A stretch of DNA of 64,000 nucleotides, taken from NCBI GenBank assembly GCA_964057225.1, contig OZ059896.1:18352001-18416000 (forward strand). Direction: 5' to 3'. The translations under genes were made by a program, and so were the position numbers. Position 1 is the first letter of the stretch, and every line of letters begins with the position of its first letter. Positions 47,101-59,059 of the stretch are shown here, one piece after another. The DNA comes from Auanema rhodensis (Eukaryota > Animalia > Nematoda). Under the pieces are notes generated by a model that was not told where the DNA came from, did no database searches, and worked only from the letters and a program-made list of their open reading frames with translations.

Positions 47101-48284
47101 GTGTATGGGGTAAAATGGGTCAAAGACCGGATAAAGCCCAAACCAAGATTATTGGTGTTGAGGATCCTGAAATTGGTAGGATCATAACTGATCCTGCAAG
47201 GGAACTCACGGGCTTCAAAATTGTGGACGATGTGGCGTACTGTACAACAGTGCCAGAAGACTCACACTTGGCACCAGCGTCATTTACAAATGTAGCCATA
47301 GCGGCTTATACAACCGCTCATGCAAGGCTACTATTGTATAAGGCAATGGAAAAAATTGGAATGAACTTGGTGTATACAGGTAATTTTATACTTTGTATAC
47401 AATTTAAACGTACATCATTTAGACACCGATTCTCTAATTTATTTAAAATGCCTCGATCAGCCTGATCCAATTGAGGATATGAAGGGTGAATGGTTAGGTA
47501 AACTAACCTCAGAAATACCCGATGGTTGGTCAATGACCAAATTTGTTTCACTAGCTGCAAAAGTTTATAGTTATGAGCTAGTAAATGCAGCTGGTCAGGT
47601 CAAGTATATCACCAAGGCAAAGGGAGTGTGTCAAGAATATGGCTATAGATACTAAAATGAATAGTATAAATGAAGATAAATATATAATATAATTTATATA
47701 AAATATTAAGATAACAATTATTCATCAAAAAATTAAATAAAATGAATAATTTGAATAAAATGACCCATTGATAAAACAATCCATAGTAATCGCGCTCCAT
47801 TTAGAGATTGTTGGTAAACAGTGAACTGTTGATAATCAACTACCGTAATCTGATTAAAACAATATTTAGTTGTTTTTGTCCTAAAATTATTGTGATAAGG
47901 AATTTTTTTATATTTTTTTCAGTTTGGAATTTTCTCTTGAATTTTTTGTATTTTTTTTTGTTTTTTTTAATAAATCTTTCTCTTTTTATTTTTCGTTCTT
48001 TGATTAGTGGTAAGTATAAAAATATATTATTGAGAAACTTTTTAAAATTACAGACGCTGGACCACACGGCAGCCACCGTGGTAAACTATCAAAGTATGGA
48101 ACGATTGGTTCGAGGACTCGTGATGGATGGAGAAAAATTGGTTTTAAAAACCAAAACAACGTTATTAAAGAGGCAGCTTGGTGCCATATCCACGATGGAC
48201 ATGACAAAGAGTACCAAGGTCGTAATGGATAAACTTTGTTATCTAGACGATTTTAGTACTTTACCCTATGGTTATTGTGAATAA
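44180..48284 (+). pseudogene. Maverick-B pPolB, 3' part (spliced; disrupted again at 47629)
   Basis: Exon-by-exon homology to 34827-38550; same polymerase motifs. Confidence 0.9.
47629..48005. mobile_element. 377-bp insertion with 4-bp TSD AGTG, probable solo LTR of a second family
   Basis: Absent from Maverick-A at the equivalent site (~35101); AGTG at 47625-47628 and 48006-48009; ends TGTCAAGAA...TTCTTTGATT form an imperfect inverted repeat. Confidence 0.7.
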
Positions 48285-48422
48285 TTTTTAATATATTTGA
48301 ATTTATAAATTTTATTATTGCGTGTATATTTGTATATGGTTGTATTTATAGATTTTTATGTATAGTTGTATTAATAAATTTTATTCTTCTCATCAAATGT
48401 TTTAAAGAGTTTATTACATACA

Positions 48423-49757
48423 TTACAAACTGGTATCAATATATGGAGCACGATTGTTGTCAATTGAAAGAATAGAGTCATATTCTGCATAAACAATAGC
48501 ATATAAACCCTCATGCGGCGTTTGTTGACCAAATTCCAATTTCAGGGCCACATTACCTTGTCGTATAACATCAAATAACTCGGACGAGTGTACAGTCGGT
48601 GAAATGTCAAATACAAAAAATGTGAAGCCAGTTTTATACATTGCTGGTGTAATACCATTGGATGAATCTGTACGACCAAGACCCAAACCCTCCAACATGT
48701 CAATATATGCTGTGGCATAGGAAGAACGCCATTCTAAATTATAAGGGCGGGTAGGTATTACCCGATTGTTGAGCGTCAAGTATATATTTTTCAATTCAAA
48801 CGGTTTAAAGTTGAATGGCGAATGTTTAAAAGTACCATTATAGGCGTGTGCGCCGACAAGACCTACTACAACACGTTTCGGGGTATGCGACGTGAATAAT
48901 ATGTTATTGGGTGAATCCAAACGGCCTCCTTCTATGAAATAAGATCGCATTTTCACTGACGTCATGGGGTAGTGTATTCGTTCCTTTACAAGTTTATCTT
49001 CTATAGCCATAGCTAATCCAGCGTTTAGATCAAACTCTTGAATAAGCAAGTGCACATCGTTGATATCTATTTTCAGGTTTGGAAACTCCTCCTTCATTGC
49101 AGCATCCTTGCTTTCATTATTCCATCCAAGTGTGTCAATTAAGAAATTATCACGGTTTGGATATGCAGTTAGCTCCATTTTTGAATAGTTTACAAACAGT
49201 CGTTCCTGATTGAATAAGTCGATACTGATGGGAGCAGCCATCTCACACAATATGCCATTTTTAACAAGCCCTTGTCGCGCTCTAAATCCAGGACTGGCTG
49301 CATTATCTATATATCTATCCGCATAATAGCCTGATATGGCAAGTTTGCTCTCTTTAACATCGTTGCTATACATTAGAATATTCTCAATATATGTTTTGTA
49401 GGCATGATTCACGGTAGAGTCATACACGCTAACATCACCAATTTTTAAATGATACGAGTGTATCAAACTGGCTGCAAATTGTTGGCATGGTGCAAAAACA
49501 AGGTTGTCTGGTACTGGATCGCCGTTTGTGGTTACAATTTTGAATTTTACATTCAACCAACACCTTCTCAGATTAAGAAATGATTTGGAATTTTGGGCTA
49601 TAACAAATTCCCATGGTCCTTGAGGAAGAAAAGTATTTTTTAAAGGAACTTGTACAGTACGAGTGGATTCAACACCTAATGCCGACGCCGGTATGTCACT
49701 ATAATTAATATTAGGTAAAAGTGCTTGTGCTGATTTTGAATCTATCAATTTAGCCAT
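48423..49757 (-). CDS. Maverick-B major capsid protein
   Basis: 444 aa, highly similar to 33355-34689. Confidence 0.93.
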   Translation of the reverse strand: MAKLIDSKSAQALLPNINYSDIPASALGVESTRTVQVPLKNTFLPQGPWEFVIAQNSKSFLNLRRCWLNVKFKIVTTNGDPVPDNLVFAPCQQFAASLIHSYHLKIGDVSVYDSTVNHAYKTYIENILMYSNDVKESKLAISGYYADRYIDNAASPGFRARQGLVKNGILCEMAAPISIDLFNQERLFVNYSKMELTAYPNRDNFLIDTLGWNNESKDAAMKEEFPNLKIDINDVHLLIQEFDLNAGLAMAIEDKLVKERIHYPMTSVKMRSYFIEGGRLDSPNNILFTSHTPKRVVVGLVGAHAYNGTFKHSPFNFKPFELKNIYLTLNNRVIPTRPYNLEWRSSYATAYIDMLEGLGLGRTDSSNGITPAMYKTGFTFFVFDISPTVHSSELFDVIRQGNVALKLEFGQQTPHEGLYAIVYAEYDSILSIDNNRAPYIDTSL

Positions 49758-50210
49758 TTAAATACGATACGACCGCTCACGAGTTATGCACAGACGCTTA
49801 TGAGGTTTTGTGGTTTTGCGTCGTCGCCGCTTGCCCAAGCCGGTAAGATCTCGTATAGCCTGCCGGCCGGCTGTTTTAAGAGTTTGCTTGATATTATCGC
49901 CCTTGAGCACCCCATCAACAATTTCATTGCTAGTTTTTAGCAACTGGCCACCAAGCGGTGAATTTACAACTGGACTATTGCTTACAGCACTGGATAATGC
50001 ATTCCTTCCAGCATTGATGAGATTTTGGGCTATAGGTGATTGAATAATGCGTGGTAAAAACGATGCCAAAGTTGCCAGTATACCACCCAGGCCATGACCC
50101 CTCTGCATTCCACGTTGAAACATCATTCCACTAAATGGCGCCCCACCCATTTGTTGATTCAAAAGTGTTGTCCATTGAATTGAGTTCAAGTCTAGAAGGA
50201 GGTGTGGCAT
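49758..50210 (-). CDS. Maverick-B core/cupiennin-like protein
   Basis: Homologue of 32902-33354. Confidence 0.7.
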   Translation of the reverse strand: MPHLLLDLNSIQWTTLLNQQMGGAPFSGMMFQRGMQRGHGLGGILATLASFLPRIIQSPIAQNLINAGRNALSSAVSNSPVVNSPLGGQLLKTSNEIVDGVLKGDNIKQTLKTAGRQAIRDLTGLGKRRRRKTTKPHKRLCITRERSYRI

Positions 50211-50260
50211 ATTGAACCGCACGTGCGCAATACAAAAGTTACACTAGATCATTTTACTAA

Positions 50261-50716
50261 ATGTATTCGTCTGAAATAGCGTCACTATTGCGATCTGTCC
50301 GCATCACTCGAAAACTATTCCTCGGTGTATTTAGTGCCGATACTCTACCCAAAACACGTCGAAAGAACTTTGCACTTGTTGTAAATACTGACACACACGA
50401 TGAACCGGGCACACATTGGCAAGTCATCTTTGTACGTAATGATCAAGCCTACTTTTTCTGTAGCTTGGGTTATAAAATGAACAAGTACATTCGTCATTAT
50501 CTGGCCAAATATAAAAATGTAAAAGTTAATACTTGCAAACCACAACGCATAATTGAATACACTTGTGGTGGTTATGCAATATTTGTAATACTAATGTTGT
50601 CAGCTGGTAATACATTTGAAAGCATTTGTTCATTTTTTAAACTATTACAAAACGATGATGTCTTTATTAAATCGTTTATGCATAAAGTATTCGACTATAA
50701 ATTATCTAGCATATGA
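50261..50716 (+). CDS. Maverick-B adenain-like protease
   Basis: NTDTHDEPGTHW, TCGGY; homologue of 32395-32850. Confidence 0.9.
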   Translation: MYSSEIASLLRSVRITRKLFLGVFSADTLPKTRRKNFALVVNTDTHDEPGTHWQVIFVRNDQAYFFCSLGYKMNKYIRHYLAKYKNVKVNTCKPQRIIEYTCGGYAIFVILMLSAGNTFESICSFFKLLQNDDVFIKSFMHKVFDYKLSSI

Positions 50717-50762
50717 TCAACTTTGCCATTAAAACGTCACCTGCTACATTAGGTGGTCAGTT

Positions 50763-50933
50763 ATGAATATTCCCTGTCACTGTGAATTATGTATAAGATA
50801 CACGTTGGAACAATCTGTACCAACACCCCTGTACAAAAAGATTTTGAAACGTATTTCAGTGCCATTCATTAAAGGAATATCTCTGGGACTAGGCTTTTGT
50901 ACAACACTAGTCATTATTCCACTCATTATATAA
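50763..50933 (+). CDS. Maverick-B 56-aa CxCxxC / C-terminal TM protein (below the ORF-track cutoff)
   Basis: MNIPCHCELCIRYTLEQSVPTPLYKKILKRISVPFIKGISLGLGFCTTLVIIPLII*. Confidence 0.65.
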   Translation: MNIPCHCELCIRYTLEQSVPTPLYKKILKRISVPFIKGISLGLGFCTTLVIIPLII

Positions 50934-50974
50934 AAGTGAGTTGACTGTGTGTGGTTGTTTTTTATTTTCCTCTA

Positions 50975-51304
50975 ATGGAACTTTTATGTAACAAGTATTG
51001 TGTTACGTGCAAGGAAATATTTTCATCAGTCAAGCATTTTAGTGATCACATATTGAAAAGACATGACGGGATTCAACCCGTATGTAACAGTTATATCAGC
51101 AATGCTGACTTTATTCAAAAATATGGACATTTGGATGGTGTTCGTAGACGTTTGTGCCCTTATTGTAGTGAAACTTTTGGAACAAGATTCAATTGTCAGC
51201 GTCATATTCGGCGTCTTCATAATAGTAATGGAACGAATGGTAAAGATGGTGATGGAAATGATACCAGCGCGCTGAACTACCTTTTAAACCTTCGAAAATC
51301 GTAA
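50975..51304 (+). pseudogene. Maverick-B C2H2 zinc-finger protein, C-terminally deleted and frameshifted
   Basis: Two fingers intact; deletion near 51268 relative to family A shifts the frame. Confidence 0.7.
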
Positions 51305-51335
51305 TGTGGTCTTGTATAACTGTTGAATAAAACAT

Positions 51336-52193
51336 TTATTTCACATTTTTAACATGTAATGTAACAACTGTAGAACCATAATCAAATTGCATAGGGCGAC
51401 CAAATTCATCTAAAATTTCAATACGTATAGTATCGAGTGTTTGCTTAGTGATTGGTACATAACGAATAGGATTAAACGTTTTGGCAATCATTTTACCAAA
51501 TTCAGTGGGAGGTGGTACAGGTAAACATGCAAGTAAATTAGCTTTCACATTACCGAGAATGGAATATTCTACGATATCACAATATATATACATTGTATTA
51601 ATGTTATTTGAAAAATCAATGGGGCGCCTGGCTATTAACGTGTCGTTGATAATTTTATTCTCAAAGCCAAGAAAATATGCGAGAGCATCACCGAGTGTTG
51701 CATTCAATAATAGCCGCTTACTTGTTACAAACTCTATGCGTTGTAGTGTTTTGTTAAACCGAAACGTGGCGTCTGCCAGCATTTCCTTGACAAGTTTAGC
51801 CTCAGCTTGTCGATTATTATACCACTTTTTCACATCTTCATCTTTATCTATTAAACCCTTTATACGTGCTTCTTCCTCAGCTCCAAGAGGTTTAGTGCTG
51901 CTAGCAATAAATTGTTCTTTTCCAGCATTGATTCCGCGTATTATTTCATCACCATTTGCATAGTTACCTTTGGGCAAGTGCAGAATAAACTTTCTGTTGG
52001 AAAAACGTAGTGTATAAGAAAGATTTTCTTGTACATTTAATATCGAACACGGAAAAATTATGTCTGTCAGCCCAATGCAATATCTGTTATTGCGTAGCCT
52101 TAATGTTTCAGGTAACCTGGTAAGAAACACTGATGAGGTATTACTTTTTTCAGAGTCAACTGATGACGGCAAAGTAATGTAAAAGTCATCCAT
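51336..52193 (-). CDS. Maverick-B minor capsid (penton)
   Basis: Homologue of 30814-31671. Confidence 0.88.
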   Translation of the reverse strand: MDDFYITLPSSVDSEKSNTSSVFLTRLPETLRLRNNRYCIGLTDIIFPCSILNVQENLSYTLRFSNRKFILHLPKGNYANGDEIIRGINAGKEQFIASSTKPLGAEEEARIKGLIDKDEDVKKWYNNRQAEAKLVKEMLADATFRFNKTLQRIEFVTSKRLLLNATLGDALAYFLGFENKIINDTLIARRPIDFSNNINTMYIYCDIVEYSILGNVKANLLACLPVPPPTEFGKMIAKTFNPIRYVPITKQTLDTIRIEILDEFGRPMQFDYGSTVVTLHVKNVK

Positions 52194-52272
52194 CACAGAC
52201 CACCACCTGATGCGTGCACACTAGTATAAATGAAATCATTTGCATTATAGGTACATTTACGAGTGGTTGATT

Positions 52273-52920
52273 ATGGTTTTCAGCTTCAAACTACCCAGTC
52301 AGACAACTGTAATAGGGGCAACGCAATGTGGTAAAACTACCCTTATAAAACGTATATGTGAAAATACTGAAAAGTTTTTCAACGTCCCCATTGATAGAAT
52401 ATTCTGGTTCAGTCAATGTGGAGCATCGTCAGGTGTTCCATTAAATGATGAACGTTTAATAGTTATTCAAGGACCACCTGATCCGGATATAATAAAAGAG
52501 CAAAAGGGAATAAACACCATACTAGTGCTGGATGATTTGATGAATTTTTTCTCATCGAATAAAGCGGCTAAAGAATTACTCAACAACATTTTTACAGTGT
52601 GGGCACATCACTGGAATTTGGCAGTGTTTAATCTTGTGCAAGCTGCATTTCAGCTAGACAGGACCAGTCGAATTAATAGTACATATATAATACTGATGAA
52701 AAGTCATTCGGATATATTACAAATACGTAATTGTCTGCAACAATTATTCGGCCCCCGCTTTAAAAATGCTCTAGAAGCATATGATGATGCAATGTCTACA
52801 CCCTATAGTCATTTACTGATTGACAACCATCCTTTAACAAATGAGAAACAGCGTATACTATCAGATATAACAGCGGAGCACCCTATTGTTTATGTAGCCA
52901 GAAATATATTCAGTGTTTAA
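52273..52920 (+). CDS. Maverick-B packaging ATPase
   Basis: GATQCGKTT, LVLDDLM. Confidence 0.93.
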   Translation: MVFSFKLPSQTTVIGATQCGKTTLIKRICENTEKFFNVPIDRIFWFSQCGASSGVPLNDERLIVIQGPPDPDIIKEQKGINTILVLDDLMNFFSSNKAAKELLNNIFTVWAHHWNLAVFNLVQAAFQLDRTSRINSTYIILMKSHSDILQIRNCLQQLFGPRFKNALEAYDDAMSTPYSHLLIDNHPLTNEKQRILSDITAEHPIVYVARNIFSV

Positions 52921-52932
52921 TGTGCATGTTCA

Positions 52933-53241
52933 ATGAGTGGTCGTATTTTGTCAAATTACAACTTTTTATCTTCTTGTGCCAAAACCCCTTGTTCTGTTTC
53001 CTCATTTTCTTTTTCACAAATTGAAATTATTGTTGAAATTGTATTTAATATTGTGAAAAATAATAATTTTCTCTTAACTAACAAGGAATATAAAACTCTT
53101 TTGCCCATATCCTCATTATTACGTCAAATAGCTTTGATACGCACACCCGAAAAGGCTAAAACTTTATTGGCAACGATTTCACACAAACAATTGAAAACAA
53201 TAGTTTCATGTGGAATTGCTTATTTTGGTTTTAAAAGATGA
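52933..53241 (+). CDS. Maverick-B PW-like protein
   Basis: Homologue of 29769-30074. Confidence 0.65.
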   Translation: MSGRILSNYNFLSSCAKTPCSVSSFSFSQIEIIVEIVFNIVKNNNFLLTNKEYKTLLPISSLLRQIALIRTPEKAKTLLATISHKQLKTIVSCGIAYFGFKR

Positions 53242-53975
53242 AACTCAATCATAAATATCGTCTAATCCCTGTTTATGATGAAACGCTGAATATAGATAAG
53301 TTTGATGCTGAATTGAAGCTCTTACGAGAGAATAAATCTATACCCGATTATAAAAAGGCTGAACTATACGAAGACTTGATTACCCGTCTCAAAAACTATA
53401 GAGAAAGCATAGATGCGCCTATATCAGTACAAGTGGAAAATGCTGATCCACCATTATTGCCAGAATACAAGCTGCCACGAATATATAACGATCTGTGAGA
53501 AAGATTTCCAGAGGTGCGTACAAACAAAAATAACCAACTTGTGATTAATAATGAGCCCGTACCAAACACAAATATTACAAAAATTTTGGATTTTGTACTG
53601 GATAAAACAAAAACGGAACCAAATGGATTCTCAGTATTAGCCAAATTCTTAGCCAGTAATGGGGTCTCTAGCCCTAATAAGAAGGCAAAAAATGTAGAGC
53701 CTGCCGTCAGTAACAAGGATTCAGTTGATCCCGTGCCTACATCCACATCGGCTGTCACAGACTTGGATGCTACTATTAATATATTACCTAGAACACCACG
53801 TCACCGTAAGGCTGTTATTCGATATTCACCCTCTCCGCGTCGTACATTCAAATCCAAAGCTATAAATAAAAAGGCAAAACCCGCTGACACTGGTGAATCA
53901 TATTACACACCTCAGGCGGGAGAAACACAGAATGGCAAAGGCCGTAAACGATTCTACATTAGAATATGGAAGTAA
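53238..53975 (+). pseudogene. Maverick-B PM-like protein with premature stop
   Basis: TGA at 53496-53498 where family A has Trp; the frame continues to 53975. Confidence 0.75.
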
Positions 53976-54999
53976 TGTTTTGGAGAACATTTATTATAAT
54001 ATTAAGCATCCAGCTTCTTATACGTCTGCCAAAAATCTATTATTGGAAGCGCGAAAGCATGGCATCGCAAAAACACAAGTTGAAAGTTTTTTGCAAGACT
54101 CTGAAACTTTTACACGTCATAAACCAACCAGACTGCATATGCAGACTAAAAAGACTAGAGGCTGTGGTCGATTCCTAACAATGCAAGCAGATTTGGTTGA
54201 TATGCAAAAATATAAAAAATCAAATGACGGCTATGCTTACATGTTGACCATGATTGATGTTTATACACGCATGTTATATGTTAGGCCTTTAAAAACTAAA
54301 GGTGGTTTAGAGGTTGCTACTGCATTTGAAAATGTATTCAAGGATTTTATACCAATCCAACTAATAACGGATAACGGTGCAGCGTTTTATAATGCTCATT
54401 GTGAAAAACTATTCAAAAAATTTGCCATACTGCATGGATCAACAAGTTCACCACAAAAGGCGGCAATGGTGGAGCGAGCAAATAGAACCTTAAAAACGCG
54501 CATGATGAAATATCTCTATTACAAGAATAATCATCGATGGATTGATATACTAGATAATTTGGTCGAAGGAATAAACAAATCTTATAATCGGTCGATTAAA
54601 ATGCGCCCCGTAGATGTTACAGCAAATATATTCGTTGAAGAATATGCACCAGCTGTTCGCAACCGATTCAAAATTGGTGATAATGTTCGCATAAGCAAGA
54701 ACAGGCGTACTTTTGAAAAAAGTTACGAGTCTGGATATACAATGGAACTATTCACAATTGATGAGATTGTAGCCGGGAACCCAACCGTGTATAAACTTGT
54801 AGATTATAATGGTGAACGTATAAAGGGAATATTCTATGAGCCTGAACTTGTGTTGGCTACTAATAAAAGCAACCAGTACTATATTGAGAAAGTTTTGAAA
54901 GAGCGTACACGAAATGGTAAACGCCAAGTATTTGTAAAATGGAGTGGCTATCCCGACAACTTTAATGAATGGATAGATGCAGAAAATTTAAATGTATAA
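53932..54999 (+). CDS. Maverick-B rve integrase with chromodomain
   Basis: QADLVDM / ITDNGAAF / MVERANR; chromodomain. Confidence 0.95.
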   Translation: MAKAVNDSTLEYGSNVLENIYYNIKHPASYTSAKNLLLEARKHGIAKTQVESFLQDSETFTRHKPTRLHMQTKKTRGCGRFLTMQADLVDMQKYKKSNDGYAYMLTMIDVYTRMLYVRPLKTKGGLEVATAFENVFKDFIPIQLITDNGAAFYNAHCEKLFKKFAILHGSTSSPQKAAMVERANRTLKTRMMKYLYYKNNHRWIDILDNLVEGINKSYNRSIKMRPVDVTANIFVEEYAPAVRNRFKIGDNVRISKNRRTFEKSYESGYTMELFTIDEIVAGNPTVYKLVDYNGERIKGIFYEPELVLATNKSNQYYIEKVLKERTRNGKRQVFVKWSGYPDNFNEWIDAENLNV

Positions 55000-55297
55000 T
55001 TTTTCACTGTTGTTGTAAACAATTGTATTAATAATAAATGATTTATTTGATCAATCGTTCATATTGTAACAATAAAAAACCAGCAAAACATAAAAGCCAA
55101 GACAATGATATAACCTATAATTATAAACTGATTAATATTTAAATTTTCAATGCTTACCAGTTGGTTAGAGAGTCGGCTGTTAAATGGATAATTTCAAACT
55201 TCGAAAGGTGGAAAAAAAATGTTACGGCTAAGAAAATTTAAATATAACATAACAAAATCAACCAACTATCCATTAAACAGTTTGTGCTTGTTGTAGT

Positions 55298-55791
55298 CAA
55301 AACGATGGATCAAAACGGATAAGCATATTCAAGTTGAGCGCCTGTTGACTTAATTTAAAGTAGAACACATTCTGCTTATAACCAAAAGACTTGACAGTTG
55401 ACTCATCAGTATAAATGGCAATGTAACCCATATTATTCAACAATTGTTTTGATGACATGCTAGAACAGGAACGCATCTGTAAGAGAAAAAATAATAATTA
55501 GAATTAATAATTTTATAATCTTACATTGATTGTTGAATTTTCAGGTTTATAATGACGGAAAACTTTTAAAAGCCCTAAGGCATCATTCCTCGCTCTACAC
55601 TTGACACAGAGGCTGAAACAGTGGTACTCGTCTACGACTTGCAATGTATCCCTACAAGTTTTGCAGAGACATATTGGTCTCATAACTACAGGCTGTTGTG
55701 GAGAGCTATCCTTTGAGATTTGTACCTGCTTTTTTGGTGTGTCTAAACAAAAAATAATTGTCTCTACATCAACAAGAGCGGAACGCTTCAT
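55298..55791 (-). pseudogene. Maverick-B D-box/Cys-cluster gene with a 99-bp deletion removing the first splice donor
   Basis: Comparison with 59060-59653: MKRSALVDVE joins directly to the intron remnant TIIFCL, in frame. Confidence 0.7.
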
Positions 55792-55892
55792 GTTTGTAGC
55801 CCAATTGGAGGCTTTTCCTAAACAACAACGAACTTTTACGTCTAGGGTCCAAGTAGAGTAGAGGAAAGTCCTAGCAGCAGTCTGTTGACGTT

Positions 55893-56012
55893 GGATCAGA
55901 TCGTCGACTTGTTGGCAGAGGTGGATCAGATCGTCGGCTTGTTGGCGGAGCTGGATCGGAGAGTAGACTTGTTGACAGAGCTGGATCGTAGAGTCGACTG
56001 GTTGGCGGAGCT
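55893..56012. repeat. 30-bp degenerate tandem repeat (4 copies; 3 copies at ~58869-58960)
   Basis: GGATCAGATCGTCGACTTGTTGGCAGAGGT-like unit upstream of the D-box gene. Confidence 0.8.
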
Positions 56013-59000
56013 GAAATGCAAATTTCGGTCTAAAAAATTTGCCACCTTTTATACAAACTTTGTTGTAAAGCTCTACCCACTCCGCCTCTTTCACAAAACA
56101 GTTGACTGCTGTATGCGGCTTTTCTATTTGTTATATATTACAACAAATATATGTATTTATACATTAATTAGCAGTTTGTTGCGCAAACAGCTGCCAAATG
56201 CGCTAAAATACACCGATTGCGCTAACAGTTGCCGGATTAACAACCTGTAAACTATCCGCTTATTAATTACTTGTTACAGCATTCGATTTCGTAAATACAA
56301 ATATTTAACAATAATTCAACTCGTTTGTGACAAGTCCCTATACAATAACAACTGTCATCCAAAATTGTGGAAGATTACAATAGGATCGTTTAATATTGTA
56401 TTCATATTCTTATTATAACAGCTGTGGTACACTCTTACTTTTATAGTTTAGGAAACACTAATTCAAAATGTTGGATCCTACTGAGGAAACGCAGGATTGT
56501 TGCGAAAAACAGACTTGTACACATCCGATTACAAGTACAACATTTCCAGACACTTTGTAAAAAAGAAACTCTTACAAAATGTTAACACATGTTCTAATTT
56601 TAAATGAAAATTTATTGTTCAATAAATATATTACGAAACATTTATTCTATTCTTGAACATAGTTATGAAATACATTAGCTATCAGAACATTTATAAACTA
56701 TTAGGGCTACAACAACAATTACTTTAAAGTAACATTTTTGATGTTAAAAAGTTTGAAAATATTCTTATATACTCATGACCCCTTGGCATAGTAAGTATTC
56801 TTTAGCGTTATGGGTACATGTGGTGTACAGCTATTTATCATATTTTTATGAACACAACTTTTGCCATGTGGTACATGTGTAGTGCACCTGTTTTAACGAT
56901 CTTATCGAATTAACCTTCGATATGAGTTCCATTGATTAACCCATAAGAGGTACGGTGAACATATTGATTACCTTTTAAAAATATTTAAATAAATAAAAAC
57001 AATATATATGAGAAATAATTTATTCAGTTTTAAAGATACAATTAAAAAATATATAAATATTAAAATACATTTAAAAAGAAATATTATTAAAAATATATTT
57101 AAAAAGAAACAATTAAATAATAATAATATTTACAAATACAATTTAAAATATATATAAATATTAAAAATACATTTAAAAAGAAATAAAAATATTTACAAAT
57201 ACAATTAACAAATATATAAATAATAAAAGTTCATTTAAAATAATACATTAAAAAATAATTTTAAAAATGATTTTAAAAAAAAATCATGCATTTTGATTCA
57301 TGCGCAGGCTCGAGAGCCTGCCTCGGGAGGAAAAGTATATTTTTGACAGCTGACGCCGAAAATATGATTTTGACAGCTGACGCCCCCAAAAGTATGTTTT
57401 TAGCAGCTGACGCCCTCAAAAGTATGTTTTTAGCAACTGTTTGGGGGCGTGGTTAGTAAATTCGGCATGGCTCTCTACTGTCAGCTGCTAAAAACATACT
57501 TTTGGGGGCGTCAGCTGTCAAAATCATATTTTCGGCGTCAGCTGTCAAAAATATACTTTTCCTCCCGAAGCAGGCTCTCGAGCCTGCGCATGGATCAAAA
57601 TACATGATTTTTTTTTAAAAATCTTTTTTAAAATTATTTTTTAATGTATTATTTTAAATGAATTTTTATTATTTATATATTTGTTAATTGTATTTGTAAA
57701 TATTTTTAAAATTATTTCTTTTTAAATGTATTTTTAATATTTATATATGTTTTAAATATTATTATTTAATTATTTCTTTTTAAATGTATTTTTAATAATA
57801 TTTCTTTTTAAATGTATTTAATATTTATATATTTTTTAATTGTATCTTTAAAACTGAATAAATTATTTTTCATATATATTGTTTTTTATTTATTTAAATA
57901 TTTTTAAAGGTAATCAATATGTTCACCGTACCTCTTATGGGTTAATCAATGGAACTCATATCGAAGGTTAATTCGATAAGATCGTTAAAACAGGTGCACT
58001 ACACATGTACCACATGGCAAAAGTTGTGTTCATAAAAATATGATAAATAGCTGTACACCATATGTACCCATAACGCTAAAAAATACTTACTATGCCAAGG
58101 GGTCATGAGTATATACGAATACTTTCAAACCTTTTAACATCAAAAATGTTACTTTAAAGTAATTGTTGTTGTAACCCTAATAGTTTATAAATGTTCTGAT
58201 AGCTAATGTATTTCATAACTATGTTCAAGAATAGAATAAATGTTTCGTAATATATTTATTGAACAATAAATTTTCATTTAAAATTAGAACATGTGTTAAC
58301 ATTTTGTGAGAGTTTCTTTTTTACAAAGTGTCTGGAAATGTTGTACTTGTAATCGGATGTGTACAAGTCTGTTTTTCGCAACAATCCTGCGCTTCCTCAG
58401 TAGGATCCAACATTTTGAATTAGTGTTTCCTAAACTATAAAAGTAAGAGTGTACCACAGCTGTTATAATAAGAATATGAATACAATATTAAACGATCCTA
58501 TTGTAATCTTCCACAATTTTGGATGACAGTTGTTATTGTATAGGGACTTATCACAAATGAGTTGAATTATTGTTAAATATTTGTATTTACGAAATCGAAT
58601 GATGTAACAAGTAATTAATAAGCGGATAGTTTTCAGGTTGTTAATCCGGTAACTGTTGGCGCAATCGGTGTATTTTAGCGCATTTGGCAGCTGTTTGCGC
58701 AACAAACTGCTAATTAATGTATAAATGCATATATTTGTTGTAATATATAACAAATAGAAAAGCCGCATACAGCAGTCAACTGTTTTGTGAAAGAGGCGGA
58801 GTGAGTATAGCTTTACAACAAAGTTTGTATAAAAGGTGGCAAATTTTTTAGACCGAAATTTGCATTTCAGCTCCGCCAACCAGTCGACTCTACGATCCAG
58901 CTCTGTCAACAAGTCTACTCTCCGATCCAGCTCCGCCAACAAGCCGACGATCTGATCCAACGTCAACAGACTGCTGCTAGGACTTTCCTCTACTCTACTT

Positions 59001-59059
59001 GGACCCTAGACGTAAAAGTTCGTTGTTGTTTAGGAAAAGCCTCCAATTGGGCTACAAAC

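Larger units (their letters stand above)
19332..57479 (+). mobile_element. Maverick/Polinton family B, full length with both TIRs, decayed and carrying nested insertions
   Basis: Termini AGTAGAGAGCCATGCCGAATTTAC (19332) and its reverse complement ending at 57479; encodes pPolB, major and minor capsid, protease, ATPase and integrase; pPolB split by the LTR element with a TSD. Confidence 0.92.

Noticed and set aside
47808-48053. Hydrophobic N-terminal extension on the last pPolB exon suggesting a membrane protein
   Set aside because: Derived from the T-rich solo-LTR-like insert and an intron; absent in family A
55792-56250. Repetitive coiled-coil-like ORFs on both strands (LAELDRRVD / LRQQADDLIQ)
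   Set aside because: Produced by a 30-bp tandem repeat; not conserved as an ORF in family A, where the gene starts at the D-box Met
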